From positions 1 to 64,000 of the IMG/VR virus record IMGVR_UViG_3300012931_000015: a stretch of DNA of 64,000 bases; one strand, 5' to 3'. Below are positions 26,729 to 37,446 of the stretch, one piece after another. The notes under the pieces were generated by a model that saw only the letters and a program-made list of their open reading frames with translations, had not been told where the DNA came from and searched no databases. The stretch comes from a virus. Each line of letters starts with the position of its first letter. Positions within the stretch are counted from its first letter, which is position 1. Position numbers and translations under genes: made by a program.

Positions 26729-29110
26729 ATGGATTTTAGTTTTGAGGGTTTAAAATTACTTATTAATAATAGATTATCTTTGTTATCGGACTGGGCTTCA
26801 ATTTTGAAGTTTTCGGTAACACAGCGTATTATCGACGCAACTGCTTTTGTGCTTTCTAAATTTTCTACATATTCTGAATTCTTGTTAAATGAAAGTAAAT
26901 GGCAGACCGCTAGAAATAGATCATCTTTTATTTATCAAACCCCCTATTTAAGTTATTTCCCACATCGCAAAAAATCTTCGTCCGGCTTTATTGAGCTTTC
27001 AACAGACCCATCTTTTGCTAATCCGTGGACAGGCAATACACTTTCTTTTCCTGAATGGTCAACTTTTACAATAGACAATAAAAACATTTTTTTAGCTTCA
27101 ACATATACTTATGCTACTTCTGACGGAAATTCAAAAACTTTACCTGTTAGTCAAGGTAACATAGTTGAAACTTTTTATACAGCAACAGGAACTCTTAGTG
27201 AAACAATAGAAATTGATAATGATAGTGTTGATAATGAGCATATAAAAATATATAGTGTAATTGATGAAATAAATGAAGTGTACGAGGAAATTGAAACAAC
27301 AACTAATATTTATACTATTACTGATCCTGATTTATTAGTTTGTGAAATAAGTAATGATTATGACTACACAAAAGTCATATTAAAATTTGGTGATAATATA
27401 AATGGTCGTGCTTTAAATGTAGGAGAAAGACTTAGAATAGTTTATGCTGAAACTTTAGGTGATTTAGGCAACATCTATAATACTGGTACTGCTATTGTAA
27501 ATTTTACTGTTTTAGATAGTTTTAGTAATCCGGTTACCCTATATGCAAGAGTTAATGATTATATAGATGGCGGAAAAGATATTGAAGATATAGACTCAAT
27601 TAAACTTAATGCTCCAGCACTTTTTCAAACAGGTTATCGTTGTGGTAATACTGATGACTGGAATACAATTTTAGCTCAAAAAAGTTCTATCGGAAAAGTT
27701 TTTGTTTATGGAGAATACGAGTTATATAAAGATATACTTGCTTCTAAAACAGAAGAACAAGCAATACTTGATGGTGATTTGACAGCAAGCGGAAGAGTAC
27801 CAAATGTCGATAATATAGCTTTTATAGTTGCTTTGAGTCCTTCAGGAGAAATTTTATCTGATGACGACAAAGATGATATAGTTCAAAATTATTTAAGAGG
27901 AATGGATGGTTCTGAAAAGAAAATAAGTCCTACAACTTTTATTAGTTGGGATGACCCAGAAATAATTGATTTAAGAGTAATATCAAATGTGTTATTAGAA
28001 GTAACTGCTGTATCATCCGAAGTAGTAAACGATGTTACTGCTGATTTGGATGCAGAATATGATGTTATGAATCAGAGTTTTTTTGGTCATTTATATAAGT
28101 CAATATTTGATTCTTTTATACAAAATATTAGTGGAGTATTTAAACATGACACAATGGTTTATGTAAGAGATTTAAAATATGAAAAAGATTCTCAGTCTGG
28201 TTTAATATTTTTAGTTTTACCTACTTGTATTGAAAATAGTCTTCATGTTAATATAAAGCGTAAAATAAATGGGGTTTGGGGTGATTGGGAACTTGCATTA
28301 TATGATGATGGTTTAGGTGGTTTTAAAGAATTAAAACAATATAAAATTGAAAATGGTTATATAGATTATGCAACAGGTAATGTAAAGTTTACTTTTTTAG
28401 GTGATGGTTTAACTCATATTACAAACGGTGAATTTACAGAAGATTTGACTGGTTGGAGTATTGACCCATCGGTAAGTCCTAATAATGTCGCTATAACTCG
28501 TGTTAATAGCACAACAGAGCTAGGGGAAGCTTCTAATGATAGTAGTCTTGAAAATTACGCAAGCGATGATCCTTATTGTCTAAAAATAATAGGTGTATCA
28601 GGAAATAGTGGTAATGTTAATGATAATTGGGTTTCACAGGAACTTGATTTAACTACTGGTGAAACTTATGAATTAAATATGTTAGTTTATGCTCCTTCAA
28701 GTAATATTACAGGTAGTGGAAACGCTATTCGCTATGGTATAGGTACAGCTTTGGGATTAACAGATATTGCTAATCATGTTTTTAACACTCCCACTGACGG
28801 AAATGAAGATGAGTGGACTCATGTAACACTTACTTTTACTGCTGGTGCGACTAATTTTTTAAACTTATTTATGAATTCAACAACTACAAGTGATAAATGG
28901 TATTGTGATGCTGTTGAATCAAAACATACCGAACCTGATATAAGTTGGGGTATTAATGATCCTGATGAAAGCGGAAATGAATTAACTGCTTATGCTATTG
29001 AGATATATTATCAGCCAAGAAGTGATGAAGATATTATATTGCAACATAGAGACCAGATTATTAATATGAGCTCTTCTCAAATTCTCGTTAATACAGAGTA
29101 TCAATCATAA
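26729..29110 (+). CDS. baseplate wedge protein (T4 gp6/J-like) with inserted carbohydrate-binding module
   Basis: NESKWQTARNRSS, LKFGDNINGR, GGKDIEDIDSIKLNAP motifs; CBM-like insert ITNGEF...GW...WYCDAV. Confidence 0.8.
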   Translation: MDFSFEGLKLLINNRLSLLSDWASILKFSVTQRIIDATAFVLSKFSTYSEFLLNESKWQTARNRSSFIYQTPYLSYFPHRKKSSSGFIELSTDPSFANPWTGNTLSFPEWSTFTIDNKNIFLASTYTYATSDGNSKTLPVSQGNIVETFYTATGTLSETIEIDNDSVDNEHIKIYSVIDEINEVYEEIETTTNIYTITDPDLLVCEISNDYDYTKVILKFGDNINGRALNVGERLRIVYAETLGDLGNIYNTGTAIVNFTVLDSFSNPVTLYARVNDYIDGGKDIEDIDSIKLNAPALFQTGYRCGNTDDWNTILAQKSSIGKVFVYGEYELYKDILASKTEEQAILDGDLTASGRVPNVDNIAFIVALSPSGEILSDDDKDDIVQNYLRGMDGSEKKISPTTFISWDDPEIIDLRVISNVLLEVTAVSSEVVNDVTADLDAEYDVMNQSFFGHLYKSIFDSFIQNISGVFKHDTMVYVRDLKYEKDSQSGLIFLVLPTCIENSLHVNIKRKINGVWGDWELALYDDGLGGFKELKQYKIENGYIDYATGNVKFTFLGDGLTHITNGEFTEDLTGWSIDPSVSPNNVAITRVNSTTELGEASNDSSLENYASDDPYCLKIIGVSGNSGNVNDNWVSQELDLTTGETYELNMLVYAPSSNITGSGNAIRYGIGTALGLTDIANHVFNTPTDGNEDEWTHVTLTFTAGATNFLNLFMNSTTTSDKWYCDAVESKHTEPDISWGINDPDESGNELTAYAIEIYYQPRSDEDIILQHRDQIINMSSSQILVNTEYQS

Positions 29111-29121
29111 AAAGGAAAAAA

Positions 29122-30192
29122 ATGTATAATAAATTATGTGGAGTTTACATTATAAGAAATTTTTATGATAATAAAATTTATGTTGGGAAGTCTGTTGATA
29201 TTGAAAAAAGATTAAAAGATCATAAAAATAAACTTAAAAAAAATACTCATATAAATAGTTATCTTCAAAATTCATGGAATAAGTATGGAGAAAATACTTT
29301 TGATTTTGAGATTGTTGACTTATGCAAAAAAGAAGAGCTAAACGAAAGAGAAATATATTATATTAAAGAATTTAAAAGCACTGATGAAAATTTTGGTTAT
29401 AATATGACTGAAGGTGGGGAGGGAGGAGATACTCTTAGTAAACATCCTAAATTTGAAGAAATTCAAAAAAAAATAAGAAGGAATAATCATACTAATTTAG
29501 GAAGAAAAAGTATTTTTAAAGATGGTGTATATAAATATGTGTTTAAAGAAAACTTAGAATATTATTTAAAAGAGGGTTGGGTTATAGAAGGTTCAAATAA
29601 AGGAAAATTAAGAACTCAAGAACAAAAAATAAATCTTAGTAAAGCTTTTAAAGGTAGAGTTTTTTCTGAAGAAAGAAAAGAAAAATTAAGAAAGAGGATG
29701 CTAGGAAAAAATAATCATAATTATGGAAAGTCTATGTCAATAGAAACCAGAAAAAAAATAAGCGAATCTAAAAAAGGTAAAATATCTTTTTCCAAAGGTA
29801 AAAGTTTAGAAGAGTTATATGGTAAAGAAAAAGCAGATAAGATGAAAAAATTTTTAAGTGAGTCTTTTAAAGGGAAAAAAACATATTTAGTTCCTTGGAG
29901 CAAAGGATTAACAAAAGAAACCGATGAAAGATTAAGGAGAATATCAGAAAGTTGTAAAACAAGGCAACTATCAGAAGTAACACATGAGAAACTTAGAAAA
30001 GCAAAAAGTGGTAAAAATAATCCAAGAGCGAAACACTACGTTTTTTATTCTCCTTGTGGAGTTAGACATGATATAGTTGGGAATTTAACTAATTTCTGTA
30101 AAGAACAAAACTTAGGTTATACAACAATATACAAAGTTTTAAATAATAAAATAGAAAATAATTATAAGAACTGGAAAATATATGAGTTATAA
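29122..30192 (+). CDS. GIY-YIG homing endonuclease with NUMOD3 repeats
   Basis: GVYIIRN...YVGKS...R...H; GYNMTEGG; repeated ETRKKISESKKG. Confidence 0.9.
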   Translation: MYNKLCGVYIIRNFYDNKIYVGKSVDIEKRLKDHKNKLKKNTHINSYLQNSWNKYGENTFDFEIVDLCKKEELNEREIYYIKEFKSTDENFGYNMTEGGEGGDTLSKHPKFEEIQKKIRRNNHTNLGRKSIFKDGVYKYVFKENLEYYLKEGWVIEGSNKGKLRTQEQKINLSKAFKGRVFSEERKEKLRKRMLGKNNHNYGKSMSIETRKKISESKKGKISFSKGKSLEELYGKEKADKMKKFLSESFKGKKTYLVPWSKGLTKETDERLRRISESCKTRQLSEVTHEKLRKAKSGKNNPRAKHYVFYSPCGVRHDIVGNLTNFCKEQNLGYTTIYKVLNNKIENNYKNWKIYEL

Positions 30193-31993
30193 TATAAGTA
30201 TTGTTAAGTACATTCCAAAGTTTCTTAAAGAAACTCGCTGGAAACAGTTTGCACAAGTGATTGATTCAGTTTTGCAAGATATTTATGATGAATATTTAGA
30301 TGATTGGTTTAAGTTTTTAAAAAAAGAACTTGCTACATTTGACGATTTTGTAAATATAATAAAAAGTTTAGGCTATCCAATAAATTTAAATTATCTATAC
30401 GATGAAACCTTTATAAAAAAAATGGCTTTGACTATAACAGAGCGTATAAGATTAAAAACTACACCGACTGCTTATGAAAGATTATTTTATGCTCTTGGTG
30501 TAAAAGGTTATATTTATCCTTTGGTAGAAATAAATAATGCTTTAGTAGCTCTTTTAAATTATGATGAAATAACTGATATTATAGAATATTTAAATTCTGT
30601 ATATGTTGAAGAAATATTTGAATTAACAAAACATTTTGATTTAAGAGTAGAACCAAAATATGTTGTGGATTGGACAACAAGTTATTATTTAACAAGACCA
30701 AAGCATCATTATAAATTAACTGAAACTTATGGAAATTTTGTAATGGATGCAGGTACTTATCCTAATAATGGTACTCATAATTTAAACTCTAGTAATTTAA
30801 ATCAACCCTCTATAATATCTGGTATAGGTTGTTATTTATTTGATGGTATTACAAATAGAATAGACACAAATTATTATATTTCAAACGTAAATAAAACTAT
30901 TTCATTTTGGGCTAAAAAAGTAGATTTAACAAATAATCAAATTGTATTTGGAAGTGAAGATAGTATAGGAAATAAATTTTTCTTTGGTTTTCAAAATACA
31001 GGTTTTATGGGTGCTGGTATAAGCAGTCAGGATTGGGATAATCAATTTGATATTTTATCTATAATACCAACTTTTGTTGAAACTGATTGGCATTGGTATT
31101 GTATTACTTTTAATAATGGTATAGGAAGAACAAATTTATATGTGGATAATATTTTAATTGGCTATACATTAACTTCTAATAGAATTTCAGAATTAGATTA
31201 TTATATAGGTTGTAGAAATAATAACGGAACTGATGATTATTTTTTTAACGGTTATATAAGTGATTTTAGAATTTATGAATATGTTGTAGCAGAAGAAACA
31301 AGAGATGATATATATAATAGTGGTAATGGTAGAATAGAAAATGTTTTAAAAACAGATGATATTGGACAATTTTTAGAAGAAAATACACTTAAAGTAATGC
31401 AATATGAATTTGAAAAAATAAAAATGCACGAGGAAGTTCCTCATTTTTCTTCAACATTAAATTTAAACTGTAATGAATCTGGTATTGTTTGTTCACAAAT
31501 TGTTTATGATAGTGAAGGAAATGTATTTGAAAATGGAATAATTCAAACAATTGTAACAAATAATTGGTTAAAAATTGAAGGAATTGCTTTTGATATAATT
31601 AACCCTGATTCTGGTGATTATTATAAATTTGATGATACGATTGCTTGGAAATGGGACACAACAAAAGAAGGTTGGTTAGATAATATTTCTAAAATTGTTT
31701 TAGGACAAGGTTTACAAACTGAAGTTTTAGCTTCTGTTGAAGCACTACAAATACCAGTTTATGAACATGATATTTTAGAAGCAGAAAAATCAGAAACTTA
31801 TATTGGTGGTACTAATAATTCAGGACAATATATAATAGATGTGGATGTTGGAAGACCCTCAGATATTTATTGGGTTACGGAAATAGGATTGTATAATAGT
31901 AATGGATTATTAATATTTTATGCAAAAACTCCTAGATTAAATAGAACAAGTGATTATAGATTTAGATTTAAAATAACGATTGATAAAAATTAA
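30182..31993 (+). CDS. baseplate wedge/fibre-attachment protein with LamG-like insert
   Basis: Follows gp6-like gene; LamG motifs TISFW, WHWYCIT, LYVDN, FNGYISDFRIY; C-terminal TEIGLY...LIFYA. Confidence 0.65.
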   Translation: MSYNISIVKYIPKFLKETRWKQFAQVIDSVLQDIYDEYLDDWFKFLKKELATFDDFVNIIKSLGYPINLNYLYDETFIKKMALTITERIRLKTTPTAYERLFYALGVKGYIYPLVEINNALVALLNYDEITDIIEYLNSVYVEEIFELTKHFDLRVEPKYVVDWTTSYYLTRPKHHYKLTETYGNFVMDAGTYPNNGTHNLNSSNLNQPSIISGIGCYLFDGITNRIDTNYYISNVNKTISFWAKKVDLTNNQIVFGSEDSIGNKFFFGFQNTGFMGAGISSQDWDNQFDILSIIPTFVETDWHWYCITFNNGIGRTNLYVDNILIGYTLTSNRISELDYYIGCRNNNGTDDYFFNGYISDFRIYEYVVAEETRDDIYNSGNGRIENVLKTDDIGQFLEENTLKVMQYEFEKIKMHEEVPHFSSTLNLNCNESGIVCSQIVYDSEGNVFENGIIQTIVTNNWLKIEGIAFDIINPDSGDYYKFDDTIAWKWDTTKEGWLDNISKIVLGQGLQTEVLASVEALQIPVYEHDILEAEKSETYIGGTNNSGQYIIDVDVGRPSDIYWVTEIGLYNSNGLLIFYAKTPRLNRTSDYRFRFKITIDKN

Positions 31994-32012
31994 AATAGTA
32001 AGGTAATAAAAA

Positions 32013-33749
32013 ATGAGTACAAGTATAACAACTGCTGTAAATACAGTTTCGTTCGCGGAGACTGCGTTGACCTATAACATAAATAAATTAAATCGTGAAA
32101 CATTATTACCCGGAATAACAAAAGGTGGGTTATTAACTAGAATTGCAGATAATCAAGTATCTATTGCTCCTTTTACAGCTTTGTTTCAAATGGACTATGG
32201 TACAAGCCCTGTGCATAAATTATTAGTTAAATCTTATAATGCTTCAAGCGTAAGCGTAAATGTTACGGCTAGTCAACCTTATGTTGTAATGAGCATGAGT
32301 TGGGTTAGAGAAGAAGATAATTATCCTATTGCTGATATAAAAAGTTTAGCCGAACTTGCAACATTAGATAGTTCTTACATAATAGTAGGCAAAGTACCTT
32401 TTACAGGTAGTATTATAGACAGTCCGGCTACTTTTGATTATACAAACACAACAAGAGGATTCTTATACAATTCAAATCCGAGTAGTAGATCAAAACTTAT
32501 AAGCCGAGTAGGTATAGAACCCGGTACTTCAATTACAGAAGAGCAAGATGTTATAAATCTTAAATATCTTAATGATAACACAGATTTAGGTATAAAACCT
32601 AGTACACAAATACCTTTTGGACAAGGTACAAATTTTTTTGCGTATTCATCTGATTTTATATGGAATAATTCTACAAAACGATTGACATTAAACGGAAATA
32701 TAAATTTAAGTTCTCCTACATCTACCTCTGATGTGGGTAATGTAGCTTATATGGATGCTAGGTATTTTGCCGGGTCAGAGCAGTCAACACCAAATTTATC
32801 AGATAAAATGCCTTTATATGATGGGGCATATAAATATATTACATTAGATACAGTTCGTAAACCATATACCCATTCAAGCGTAACTGATGTTACCATTCAA
32901 GATACAGATACTTATACTGACTATCTCATACCCCATACGACAGCAAACGGGTTTGTATTAAGAAATCTTCCGACACTTTCCGCTAATATCAACAAGAGAT
33001 ACAAATTCAAAAATACTGGAAACGGTATAACAAAAATCGTATCAGAGGAAGGAAGTAATATAATTTTTCAAAATAATTTTCTTTCCGATGTTTCAATTTT
33101 GATGATGGGTGATTTTGTTGAAATACTTGGGACATCATCAGGTTGGTTTGTTGAACACGCAAATATAAACATGATAACAAATTGGATTAATACAAATGAA
33201 TGGAGAACGAGAAGATTCGGTTCGGCTTTTACCTATGATAATAAGAGTAATTCGGGCGTTTCATGGACGGGTCAGCACATAACCGAGGCAACAAGTAATC
33301 AGAAAACAATAGTATTATACGATGAACAATTAAGCGGGACAACGGGGAAACTTCATGTTTATAATATAACGGACTCTTCAACAGGTCTCGGATTTTGGAC
33401 AAATAACCGAGTAATAACAGCCGGAGCAGATGGTGCTACTATGGATGTAAACGAGACTACTGGAACCTCAAAAATTATAAACAATTACATCCGAGTTGAT
33501 CCGTCAATAGCTGGTTTAATAGAACCTGAAATGACCGTCAATACAACAGCTTCATTTACAAATTCAAATAAAGTAGGATTTTATTCAGCGCAAACCAGCA
33601 ATGATATTTGTTCGGGATTTATAGATTCAAGTAATTTATTTATTGCTTCAGGCAATGGAGGTTTTACGGTAATTGATTATGCTAGTGGTAATAGAGTCTT
33701 TACGACAGGGGACTATTTTTATAATTTGTGCTGGAAAATAAATTTTTAA
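32013..33749 (+). CDS. tail fibre protein
   Basis: Thr/Ser-rich beta protein, DVINLKYL repeat, LPT...RYKFKN...G fibre module; position. Confidence 0.7.
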   Translation: MSTSITTAVNTVSFAETALTYNINKLNRETLLPGITKGGLLTRIADNQVSIAPFTALFQMDYGTSPVHKLLVKSYNASSVSVNVTASQPYVVMSMSWVREEDNYPIADIKSLAELATLDSSYIIVGKVPFTGSIIDSPATFDYTNTTRGFLYNSNPSSRSKLISRVGIEPGTSITEEQDVINLKYLNDNTDLGIKPSTQIPFGQGTNFFAYSSDFIWNNSTKRLTLNGNINLSSPTSTSDVGNVAYMDARYFAGSEQSTPNLSDKMPLYDGAYKYITLDTVRKPYTHSSVTDVTIQDTDTYTDYLIPHTTANGFVLRNLPTLSANINKRYKFKNTGNGITKIVSEEGSNIIFQNNFLSDVSILMMGDFVEILGTSSGWFVEHANINMITNWINTNEWRTRRFGSAFTYDNKSNSGVSWTGQHITEATSNQKTIVLYDEQLSGTTGKLHVYNITDSSTGLGFWTNNRVITAGADGATMDVNETTGTSKIINNYIRVDPSIAGLIEPEMTVNTTASFTNSNKVGFYSAQTSNDICSGFIDSSNLFIASGNGGFTVIDYASGNRVFTTGDYFYNLCWKINF

Positions 33750-33761
33750 GGGAGTAAAAAA

Positions 33762-34247
33762 ATGGAAGAAAAAATACAAGCCAGCGAAGGCTTGATAAAA
33801 ATTCGTGAAACTGGCGAAATTATGACGGCAAATGAACATAACAGACTAACAGACAAATTGACAAATCCGGAAAGTTACGAACTATGGCAATCTTATAATG
33901 TTGACCCATATTCAAAAAATGATATGAAAATTGAAAATGATGAATTAGTTTTGAAAACTTTTGTTGATCGTATTATTGATATTAGAAAATCAGCTCTTGA
34001 CAAGATTGACGAAATGTCAAAAAAAGTTAAAGAAAAAGAAGATCAAAAAACAAGATTACAAGCAATTCAGTGTTGGGATGATGGGCAAGAAGCGGAATTA
34101 AATGATTTGCGAGTTGATTTAAATTTAGCAATAAATGATTTCAAAAACAGTCAAATAAAATTTATGACTTGTATAAATGAAACTGATTTTGAAAATGTAA
34201 AAACTGAATTATTGCCAATTTTTCAGAAATATAATATTAAAGTTTAA
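33762..34247 (+). CDS. putative tail fibre assembly chaperone
   Basis: Acidic helical protein directly after the fibre gene. Confidence 0.45.
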   Translation: MEEKIQASEGLIKIRETGEIMTANEHNRLTDKLTNPESYELWQSYNVDPYSKNDMKIENDELVLKTFVDRIIDIRKSALDKIDEMSKKVKEKEDQKTRLQAIQCWDDGQEAELNDLRVDLNLAINDFKNSQIKFMTCINETDFENVKTELLPIFQKYNIKV

Positions 34248-34266
34248 AATAATAAGGATTATAAAA

Positions 34267-34587
34267 ATGAGTAATGATAATTTACCTGTAAATGGTTATA
34301 CAATAAAAGAATTATTAAATAAGTACATAGAAGATGATTCTTTATTTAAAGTAGAATTAAAAGAAGACTTAAAAGGCATAAAAGAATTTATTCATAAACA
34401 AGATTTAATAAATTATGATTTGTTTAATTTTAAAAAAACTATAGAAAAAGAAAAAGAAGAAAAAAAAAAAGAAGAAAAAGATGATAAAAATAAAATGAAG
34501 TGGTATAAAAGGGATTATATAAAGATAATTTTAACTAGCTTTTTAACAGGTATTGCCATAAAAATTTTAGGAATTTTTGTAAAGTAG
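34267..34587 (+). CDS. coiled-coil protein with C-terminal TM (holin/hemolysin-like)
   Basis: C-terminal hydrophobic helix. Confidence 0.4.
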   Translation: MSNDNLPVNGYTIKELLNKYIEDDSLFKVELKEDLKGIKEFIHKQDLINYDLFNFKKTIEKEKEEKKKEEKDDKNKMKWYKRDYIKIILTSFLTGIAIKILGIFVK

Positions 34588-34612
34588 AATTATAAAGTAT
34601 AAAGGATAAAAT

Positions 34613-35029
34613 ATGAATATAGAAAAAGTTATGCCTTATTTTAGTTTTTTACAAACTGAATTATGGAAAAATATTCAAGGGTTGTTTTTTTTATCTATTA
34701 CTATTGCTTTTATTGTGTGTATAGTAGTTCAAGCAATAAAAAAAGCAGATGACACAATTTTTTTAAAATCTGAATTATCAAAAAATCCTTTATTTGTCAT
34801 AAACGGATTTTTAAATTTTTTAATTACTTTTATAATTATTTTAATTTTTGATGGGTTATCAAAATGGTATCTGACTGGACTTTATATATTACTAATATTT
34901 TTATTTAGCTTTGCTTTATCAATTTTGTGCTATGATTATTTTTTAAAGTATATATTTAAAATTTTAGATATAATAGATTTGTGGTTAGAAAATAAAAAAA
35001 ATAAACTAAAGGAAAATAAAAAAGAGTAA
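34613..35029 (+). CDS. 3-TM membrane protein, putative holin
   Basis: Three hydrophobic segments, basic C-terminus. Confidence 0.45.
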   Translation: MNIEKVMPYFSFLQTELWKNIQGLFFLSITIAFIVCIVVQAIKKADDTIFLKSELSKNPLFVINGFLNFLITFIIILIFDGLSKWYLTGLYILLIFLFSFALSILCYDYFLKYIFKILDIIDLWLENKKNKLKENKKE

Positions 35030-35210
35030 TTTTTATGAAAAATAGAAAATTAACAAAAACAGATAAAACTTTTTTAGAAATGATAGATAGAGAAAATTAT
35101 GATATTTTTGAATGTATAAATGATGATCCTTTATATGCTACTAGAAAAGATATTAAAGATAAAACTTGTCCTTATTGTAAAAAGCAAGGCATATTATATG
35201 AGGATAAAAA

Positions 35211-35399
35211 ATGATAACTGATACCTCACAAAATTTATATAATTATGGTACATCAAATACATTTATAGATGAAGACTTATATTTAATAAAATTTAGAACT
35301 TCAGGAAATGCAAAATATATTACAATTGATTGGAATAAATATTATCAAGAATATTTATTATTAAAATTAAATAAAAAATTTAGAGGAGAAAAAATGTAA
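35211..35399 (+). CDS. hypothetical protein
   Basis: ORF with GAGG RBS. Confidence 0.45.
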   Translation: MITDTSQNLYNYGTSNTFIDEDLYLIKFRTSGNAKYITIDWNKYYQEYLLLKLNKKFRGEKM

Positions 35400-35596
35400 T
35401 GGATAAATGTTGTCAATGTGGAAATGTATTAAATACCGGAGATGATATTTCAGGAATTTGTAGTTCTTGTAAAGAAAAAAATAAATTTTCATTTGGTTGG
35501 ATATGCCCTATTTGTGGTAGAGGGAATTCACCTTTTACAAGTACCTGCTCATGTAAACCTATGAACTATACTATAACTTGTAATAATAAAGGATAA
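35399..35596 (+). CDS. small zinc-ribbon protein
   Basis: CCQCG...CSSC...[18 protein letters not shown]. Confidence 0.6.
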   Translation: MDKCCQCGNVLNTGDDISGICSSCKEKNKFSFGWICPICGRGNSPFTSTCSCKPMNYTITCNNKG

Positions 35597-35600
35597 AAAA

Positions 35601-36308
35601 ATGATAAAATTACTAAATACTATTAAGGATTTTTTTACAAACTACAAAACTTTAATTAAAACAATTATTACACTTTTTATAATATTATGTTTAATTACTT
35701 TTGGTTTTATTGTTGTAAAAAAAATAAATGATTTCTTTTCTAATAAATATAGCGAAGAGAAAAAAACACTTATTGCTGACAATAAAAAACTATTAGAAGA
35801 AAAAGAAAAAAACTTAATTGAGCTAAATAAACAATTAAGTGAAAGAGATAAACAAATAAAAAAACTTAAAGATCAAATACCGTCTAGTTATACATCAAAT
35901 GAATTAGATAAAATAAACTGTGATATAAAAAATAAAATTATATTAGATCAACAGGGTAATATAGTTGAGCTAAATAAAATTATAGATAGTGATACAAAAC
36001 TACTAGATCAAGCAAAAAAAGATATAGAAGAATTAAATAAAACATTGAAAGAAACAAATGAAAAATATGCTAAATCTCCTGACCCTAAAAAAAATAGTTT
36101 AAAACTTTTTGTGCTTGGTGGTTTATCAGTTGTAAACAATAGCAATGGAAATTTAGAATTTAAACCGGACTTATATTGTGGACTAGCTTATGCTCGAAAT
36201 TTATTTTTAAGTAAATTAATAGATGTTGACATAGAATTTGGCGGTGCAGTAAAAGTGTATAAAGATTTAGGATTTGGGGTTGAATTAGCTTCCGTTTTCG
36301 GATTTTAA
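35601..36308 (+). CDS. membrane-anchored coiled-coil protein (spanin-like)
   Basis: N-terminal TM, long coiled coil, amphipathic beta C-terminus ending in Phe. Confidence 0.45.
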   Translation: MIKLLNTIKDFFTNYKTLIKTIITLFIILCLITFGFIVVKKINDFFSNKYSEEKKTLIADNKKLLEEKEKNLIELNKQLSERDKQIKKLKDQIPSSYTSNELDKINCDIKNKIILDQQGNIVELNKIIDSDTKLLDQAKKDIEELNKTLKETNEKYAKSPDPKKNSLKLFVLGGLSVVNNSNGNLEFKPDLYCGLAYARNLFLSKLIDVDIEFGGAVKVYKDLGFGVELASVFGF

Positions 36309-36317
36309 AAATAAGTA

Positions 36318-36929
36318 TTATTGATCTTTGTTACTATTTATCAAGTTCTGTATTGTTTCAAAATTTTCGTCTGTATCTAATAACTCTGTGAATACGAAAT
36401 TGTTCCAAGTCCAGTGAGTGCCATTATTTTTCAATCCATAACCCCTATTTTCGTATAGGTATATTTTTACAAAGTTCAACAAAGTATTCCCACTAAAATT
36501 TATATTTTCGGTTACGTTTCCAAATATAGATTTATATTGTATTCTTTTGAGAGGTAAATCATTTATTTTTGTTACATTAAAACTTGGTATGTAATATTTT
36601 ACTTTTAATTTCCAAGCATTTATGAATTTATCAGAATCTATGCCTAGTTCTACTATTTTAAGTTTCGGCGTAAAGTAAGTATCTATTTGTGATCTAAAAT
36701 CAAACAGTATTCTCATTTTTTGATTTTCAGTAAATTGTTTAAAAGTATAATCATCAATAGAACCACCAGCTTCGGGGTCATTTAATATTTCACCTTTTCC
36801 GGTTTTACACCAGCTAGTAAAAGCATTTTTAACAGCATCGGCATTTTCAGGAATAGTGGGTTCTCCTGTTTCAGAGTCTAAATTGTCATTTACATCATAA
36901 TCCCAAAGTGCTATATTAGTTGTACTCAT
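36318..36929 (-). CDS. gp25-like baseplate/sheath initiator
   Basis: DAVKNAF..W..TGKGEIL.DPEAGG...F.PKL motif. Confidence 0.65.
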   Translation of the reverse strand: MSTTNIALWDYDVNDNLDSETGEPTIPENADAVKNAFTSWCKTGKGEILNDPEAGGSIDDYTFKQFTENQKMRILFDFRSQIDTYFTPKLKIVELGIDSDKFINAWKLKVKYYIPSFNVTKINDLPLKRIQYKSIFGNVTENINFSGNTLLNFVKIYLYENRGYGLKNNGTHWTWNNFVFTELLDTDENFETIQNLINSNKDQ

Positions 36930-37010
36930 AGTAGTTTTTTTCCATAGATATTTTGATAGTTGTGTGTTTATTAGTAGTTTAAAATTAACTATATATAATT
37001 GTAAAGAAAG

Positions 37011-37070
37011 TGTAAATTATTAAAATATATTCAAATTTTATTTGACTTATTTGTTTTATTTTGATATATT
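37011..37070 (+). promoter_or_regulatory. conserved early promoter, copy 1
   Basis: 50/53 identical to 59758-59810; TTGACT-17-TATATT. Confidence 0.75.
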
Positions 37071-37099
37071 GTGAATATAAATAAATAAAGGGAATAATT

Positions 37100-37426
37100 A
37101 TGACAATAGAAAAAATTAAAGAAAGATTTGAAAATACAGGTTATAGGTTTGGTTTTAAAACTGAAGATAATAGCAATGAAATAAAATCAATAGCTTATGG
37201 CAATGGCTGGGGTCAACTTTTTCTTAAAATGATTTTAATTGATATAAAAGAAAATACAATTAGTTATGAGTTTTCTTGTGCTACAAATTGTAGGTTAGAT
37301 CAGAGAATACTATTACCTTTAACAGATGATTTTAGTATACCTAAAGTTGATGATTTTAAAAATTTTATATTCGACAATAAAGAATTAGCTTTGAAAAAAG
37401 ATGATCCAAATGAATATAAAGTTTAA
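37100..37426 (+). CDS. hypothetical protein (early island)
   Basis: ORF track; co-oriented cluster. Confidence 0.6.
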   Translation: MTIEKIKERFENTGYRFGFKTEDNSNEIKSIAYGNGWGQLFLKMILIDIKENTISYEFSCATNCRLDQRILLPLTDDFSIPKVDDFKNFIFDNKELALKKDDPNEYKV

Positions 37427-37446
37427 AACAATAGAGGAATAACAAT

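Noticed and set aside
32013-33749. Diversity-generating retroelement target in the tail fibre
   Set aside because: No reverse transcriptase or adenine-variant template repeat seen in the window
36983-37000. TAACTATATATA resembling the IS1595 TIR (also near 7793)
   Set aside because: Lacks the terminal GG and the GCACTAA block, with no partner or TSD; expected by chance in AT-rich DNA
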